From Candidatus Latescibacterota bacterium (GTDB lineage: Bacteria; Latescibacterota; UBA2968; UBA8231): 64,000 nucleotides of DNA. Shown here piece after piece: positions 60,015-64,000 of this stretch. The position numbers and the translations under genes were made by a program. How positions within the stretch are numbered: position 1 is the stretch's first letter; the number at the start of each line of letters is the position of its first letter. The stretch spans positions 4,128,001 through 4,192,000 of the forward strand of contig OZ241362.1 in NCBI GenBank assembly GCA_965200315.1, in the 5' to 3' direction. The notes beneath the pieces are model-generated. The model was not told the DNA's origin, ran no database searches, and saw only the letters and a list, made by a program, of their open reading frames with translations.

Positions 60015-60144
60015 TGCTTATTCTTCAACTCGTTATCTACTTATATAGTTTACAGAGTGCATCAAAACGTCGATATAAACCGCCTGTTTTGCGCTTGGCG
60101 TCTGGCCCAGGGACAGTTTTACGCCCAAGCGCAAAGACAAATTG
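60015..60144 (-). promoter_or_regulatory. CRISPR leader
   Basis: AT-rich non-coding stretch between cas2 and the array; contains an inverted repeat TTTGCGCTTGG...CCAAGCGCAAA. Confidence 0.65.
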
Positions 60145-60444
60145 TCAGAGAAGGGTCCAATTTCTGCCATGCCAGTTATCCTCTTCTTGGCGCATCTGTC
60201 CTCCTAGAGCATCCTTGCTGAGTCTTTGTACTGTAACATTGTGCCGATTCGGGCAGAGGAGCTGCATTATATGGTCGTCTGGTCCAATTTTTTTCGAGAT
60301 CTCGGACAACAGCTTTATATGCTCGGATTCTGGGAGGTCGCCCATAAATACCGAGCCCTGTTCGTGAACAAGGTATTCTTTAAGGAGCTTTTTGTACACC
60401 TCTGTTCTCTTGGCGGGGACATCGTAACAGAAAACTACGAACAT
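60145..60444 (-). CDS. cas2: CRISPR-associated endonuclease Cas2
   Basis: MFVVFCYDV...Q.SVFMG; 99 aa; adjacent to the array. Confidence 0.92.
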   Translation of the reverse strand: MFVVFCYDVPAKRTEVYKKLLKEYLVHEQGSVFMGDLPESEHIKLLSEISKKIGPDDHIMQLLCPNRHNVTVQRLSKDALGGQMRQEEDNWHGRNWTLL

Positions 60445-60450
60445 AAGGGT

Positions 60451-60743
60451 TCATCCTCTCCAGATGAAAGCTCGAAACTCGCCGATACCGAGTGCTTCTC
60501 TTTCCAGAGCGAGGCATTGCCTGTGAATCGCCTGTCGGAAGGTCAGGTCTCCGCATTTTTCTTCAATGCGCGACCAAAAACGTTCAGTCGCCTTGATTGA
60601 TGAAGTGATAGACCCCGGCGCACCCGAACGTCGCGCCCGGCGTGTGTTGCTCCTATGAGATGCAGCCACGCACGCCTGCGGCACAAAGCGACATGCTGAA
60701 AATAGAGACCGTGCAGGCCGGTTTCTTCAGCTAGTTCACGCAA
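60451..60743 (-). pseudogene. cas4 5' end fused out of frame to cas1 3' end (deletion remnant)
   Basis: GLYFQHVALCRRRAWL...VRRGLSLH (Cas4 N-terminus), then F...IEEKCGDLTFRQAIHRQCLALER...GEFRAFIWR (Cas1 C-terminus). Confidence 0.7.
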
Positions 60744-62793
60744 ACATCGCGCTTTCTGTAGAATCCCTATAGTCTTCATCCAGTGGTGCCCTTCCGAGAC
60801 GCTCCACCAGAGCAGTCGCGGCCCCCATTACTTTTTTGCGAGGGTCGTCACTCTGCTCCCCCCGAGTGGGAATGAACCGAGCAAAATGACGCCGCCACTC
60901 TTTGACCAAGCGCACGTTGAGCTGCTCACTCCCCTTATCTCTTTCGTTAATCGGGATCGTGAAAGTGCTGACATCTATTGGCGACCGAACGTACCACGTC
61001 ATCTTTTGGACTTCTGGCTTGTCCGTAAACTCCTTGATCTCTTGATCGAGGGTTCGCGATGTAAGATGGACTACCTGTTCTCCATCTTCTTCGCAGACTA
61101 TGTAGCGGCTGAGAATATTCGTTGCCCGGCGCAGAAACGACTCTGTTACAGAATGACGTTTGCCGTCTGGATCCACGACCTCAATTGTCGCACCGATGTC
61201 GCGGTATATCAGGGTGCTTGAGAGTAGAGCTTCGACCCAACGCTTATGTGGCTGGGAACTTAGTGGCAGGTTGTCGTTCACCACATCCACCGAACATATC
61301 TCCCCGATCTTGGCCTCCACGAATCGGACAACATTCGGTGAGATTTCTTGCAAACGTGCATTCGCTCCCCTCTGAACGATCATTTTCTTCCGTCGAATTG
61401 CAACGATGAACAAGGCTGCCCAAAAAATCCCCCGCCAAGAAGCACGTCGATAGAAGTCCACCGTCGAACCATCAGTCGTCAAGTTTGTCTCGGCTTCCTT
61501 TCTAGTCGGCTGAAGACGGCGCTGCACGCCCCGGAGGATCTTCGCCGTGAAAGTCTGTATATCCAACTCCTCATGGTCTTCAATGACCTTTGCTATGATT
61601 TGGGTCCAGGCGTGGCGATTGCGTCGGTCTTCGGACAACGACACGATGACTTGCCCATTATCCACACCACGTGAGACTCGCCCGATGCGCTGCATAAAGC
61701 TCGCAAGCTCGAAACCGGGTTCCATGAACATGAGATTACTGCGGAAGGTGACGCCGACTTCGACCGAAGACGTACACAACAGCACGTCGTACTTGCGGGG
61801 ATCTGCATAACGGCGTCCGCGGCGAGGTTCGCCCGGATTTCGCTTTGAATCGTCGATGGAGTTAATCGTAAGAATTCTCTGGTTTTGAACTCCGATCTCA
61901 GATAGAGCCTTCTTTATAGCCATAGCCGGCTCATCCTGTTTGAGCCGCTTCAAGGAATCGTATATGACGATGACGGCTTGGTGTTGGGCGATTGAGTTGC
62001 GTACTGCGTCGATGCTCATGCGTACTGATTCGGTCAGGGAGCACTCGCGCAGGTTGAGTGACACATCACCGTGGATGGAGCGATGTTCCGGCGGATGACC
62101 GGCGACGATCTTCTCAGAAATCTGCTCTACCTCTCCGACTTCAACGCCCATTCGTTCCAGAACCTTAGTCACATCAACTGGGGTCGCTGACAGAAGCGAG
62201 ACCTTTCCCCGTCGTTCCGCTACGGCCATCAACGAGAACAGGCAAGCCAAACCGAAAGATCGATCGTCGATGGTATGGAACTCGTCAAAGACGATGTGGT
62301 CAAAGTAGCGCAAATAAGTAAAAGGGTTGACTGTACTCGCTCCCGTAATGCGGATGCCGGAGATCATCGTGACGACCACTTCGGGGATAGCGAAAATGAC
62401 GCGGCCACCCGACAGCACATCGCCGTTGAGGAACTGCCGGACTCGCGTAGCAGCAAGGCTCTCGGTTCCATCACTCTCTTGGTTACCCGACCACTCGACA
62501 ATCTGCTCGTCAATCCAAGCCTTGACCTGAGAATCGCCCCACCCGCGCGCACGAAGCTGCTCCTGCGCCTGCTCGCGGGCATCGTTGATCAGATTTTGCA
62601 ACAGTCGTTTGGTAGGAACGATAAAGAGCACGTGCGCCCCCTTGTCGAGTACCGCCCGCATGAATGCATAGGATTTCCCGGATCCCGTCGGCGCAGATAC
62701 GAGGCGCACGAACTTGTCGGAGCGGAGCAGACGTTCCTGCATCGGTGACAGGCCGCTTGCCATTATCGGCACGGAGTGCGCTCGGATAATCAT
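60736..62793 (-). CDS. cas3: Cas3' helicase without HD domain (type I-D-like)
   Basis: APTGSGKS, VPT..L, FDEFH, LLSATP, TSSVEVGV, QRIGRVSR; no HD domain; between cas5 and the adaptation genes. Confidence 0.85.
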   Translation of the reverse strand: MIIRAHSVPIMASGLSPMQERLLRSDKFVRLVSAPTGSGKSYAFMRAVLDKGAHVLFIVPTKRLLQNLINDAREQAQEQLRARGWGDSQVKAWIDEQIVEWSGNQESDGTESLAATRVRQFLNGDVLSGGRVIFAIPEVVVTMISGIRITGASTVNPFTYLRYFDHIVFDEFHTIDDRSFGLACLFSLMAVAERRGKVSLLSATPVDVTKVLERMGVEVGEVEQISEKIVAGHPPEHRSIHGDVSLNLRECSLTESVRMSIDAVRNSIAQHQAVIVIYDSLKRLKQDEPAMAIKKALSEIGVQNQRILTINSIDDSKRNPGEPRRGRRYADPRKYDVLLCTSSVEVGVTFRSNLMFMEPGFELASFMQRIGRVSRGVDNGQVIVSLSEDRRNRHAWTQIIAKVIEDHEELDIQTFTAKILRGVQRRLQPTRKEAETNLTTDGSTVDFYRRASWRGIFWAALFIVAIRRKKMIVQRGANARLQEISPNVVRFVEAKIGEICSVDVVNDNLPLSSQPHKRWVEALLSSTLIYRDIGATIEVVDPDGKRHSVTESFLRRATNILSRYIVCEEDGEQVVHLTSRTLDQEIKEFTDKPEVQKMTWYVRSPIDVSTFTIPINERDKGSEQLNVRLVKEWRRHFARFIPTRGEQSDDPRKKVMGAATALVERLGRAPLDEDYRDSTESAMFA

Positions 62794-63464
62794 CGGGGTT
62801 CTCCTTTGGACCAGTTGGCGGTGAGCCGCAGGGCCTCGTCGAGTTTGAGGGGTCGGCTGGGTTGAATCGTATGGAGGAGGTACGGTCCCGCTTCGAGATT
62901 GACGGCCGGGTCAAATAGGCGTGCCGTGTGCAGATTGAGATGGATATCGTGCTGTGATTTGCAGGGTTCGAGAAGACCGACACCCGTGCGGCCAAGCCCA
63001 AGCCTGACGACGAGTTGATTGGGCTGCTCTCCATAGGCGTCGCGTGCAATACGAAGCGGATCGGCGTGTAGAAAGCAGCCATAAAAGACCGAATCCACGG
63101 CAACCTCTTGGATGTGGTAGTAATCTTTGATGTTGCCGCTCTTGCGGGCATTGTGGACGCTCTTCGGCATGCCGCACTCCATGTCCAAGTTGAGGCGACG
63201 CGCCAACGGACGGTTGAGCCGATTGTTGGCCCCCAGAAACAGCGACGTCTTGAATGGCAGAGCGGCCAGATGGTTGCGATAGTCAGGTTCTGTCGGCAAG
63301 CAAGGCGAACGCGGCGTCATGCCGAGCGCGGCCGCCGCCGCGAATGCCATTGCCGTATCGGTCACTAGGTCGTTGAGCGTCGCGGTGCCCGAAGGTACGG
63401 CGAGTCCATGCCATGCCCAGGGCGTCAGCGCGGTTAGTTGGTACGTGTAAACTGCTCCCACCAC
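62790..63464 (-). CDS. Cas5 (Csc1-like) subunit
   Basis: RAMP-like: Y.LT, D.AM.FA, IQEVAVDSVFYG, Gly-rich VRLGLGRTG; position between cas7 and cas3. Confidence 0.7.
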   Translation of the reverse strand: MVGAVYTYQLTALTPWAWHGLAVPSGTATLNDLVTDTAMAFAAAAALGMTPRSPCLPTEPDYRNHLAALPFKTSLFLGANNRLNRPLARRLNLDMECGMPKSVHNARKSGNIKDYYHIQEVAVDSVFYGCFLHADPLRIARDAYGEQPNQLVVRLGLGRTGVGLLEPCKSQHDIHLNLHTARLFDPAVNLEAGPYLLHTIQPSRPLKLDEALRLTANWSKGEPR

Positions 63465-63467
63465 GGG

Positions 63468-64000
63468 TCACGCCTTCTTGGATGTGAAGTGCTGCTCAAA
63501 CAGATCGGCGATTTTCGGGGCGGCTTCCTCGTACCTCCTCCGCAGATCGGGATCGTCCTCCTCGAACGCCTGCACAAGTTGCTGCTGGTAGGCGGACGCT
63601 TCAGACGTATCCGCATGGACTCGGTAATGTCCTGACATTGTTTGCATCACAGCAGATACGATTTCCTCGACCGAGTTGCTTTGGGGGAGCGACCGCAACA
63701 GCTCGTAAGGCGAGGACATTGGAGTCTCAAGGCGAGCGGCGAACATCCCAGCAATATGGGTTCGCACATTGACGCCGGTGACCGAGGTTTGCCCTCCGTA
63801 GGAGCCAGCAAGGCCAAGGCTGAGTAGCAGGTGATCCAAGCCAATCGGCGGAAGCTGTCGGCCATTACTGGTTAGAAGCTGTATCAGAAGAGTACCGGGA
63901 AGGACGAAGTGCCGGGTGAAAAGATTTTCGCTATTCTTCTTTCCCTCAGCGTCCCACAGGGTTCCGGTTTCATCCCCGCGGTGGTGGAAGCTCTCACCTA
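63468..64000 (-). CDS. Cas7 (Csc2-like) subunit, 5' part outside the window
   Basis: Frame open to the right edge: ..DETGTLWD...LFTRHFVLPGT...SYGGQTSVTG.NV. Confidence 0.7.
   Translation of the reverse strand, partial: GESFHHRGDETGTLWDAEGKKNSENLFTRHFVLPGTLLIQLLTSNGRQLPPIGLDHLLLSLGLAGSYGGQTSVTGVNVRTHIAGMFAARLETPMSSPYELLRSLPQSNSVEEIVSAVMQTMSGHYRVHADTSEASAYQQQLVQAFEEDDPDLRRRYEEAAPKIADLFEQHFTSKKA

Noticed and set aside
59007-60367. ORFs overlapping the CRISPR array
   Set aside because: Translations of repeats (FQIPMRGNE, HYPSWGFET).

Overview
GC-rich bacterial chromosomal window. Gene content (many sulfatase/dehydrogenase/TIM-barrel genes, futalosine pathway, FlgD/T9SS-like C-terminal domains) is loosely suggestive of an FCB-superphylum organism such as Latescibacterota; this is inference only. 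The core block (about 5-45 kb) carries mutM, clpP, a two-AcrB RND pump, hisS, mqnB/mqnD, purM, a DGGGP-synthase-like UbiA, a G1P-dehydrogenase-like gene and catabolic enzymes. Three accessory zones stand out. (1) 1-4.9 kb: a decayed island with two identical palindromic promoters of the WYL-activator (PafBC/DriD-like) type, two ATPases, a BrnT/BrnA TA pair and a dnaB::WYL::UDG fusion remnant. (2) 45-55.7 kb: a type I R-M locus with frameshifted hsdM, a cassette inserted between 44-bp direct repeats, a rearranged hsdS and several gene stumps. (3) 58.9-64 kb: a divergent type I-D-like CRISPR-Cas locus (17 repeats) whose cas4 and cas1 are collapsed into one deletion remnant. A solitary type I-C-like CRISPR repeat at 38.65 kb sits in its own promoter-repeat-small ORF-terminator unit. 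All calls come from reading motifs by eye; no database searches were run.
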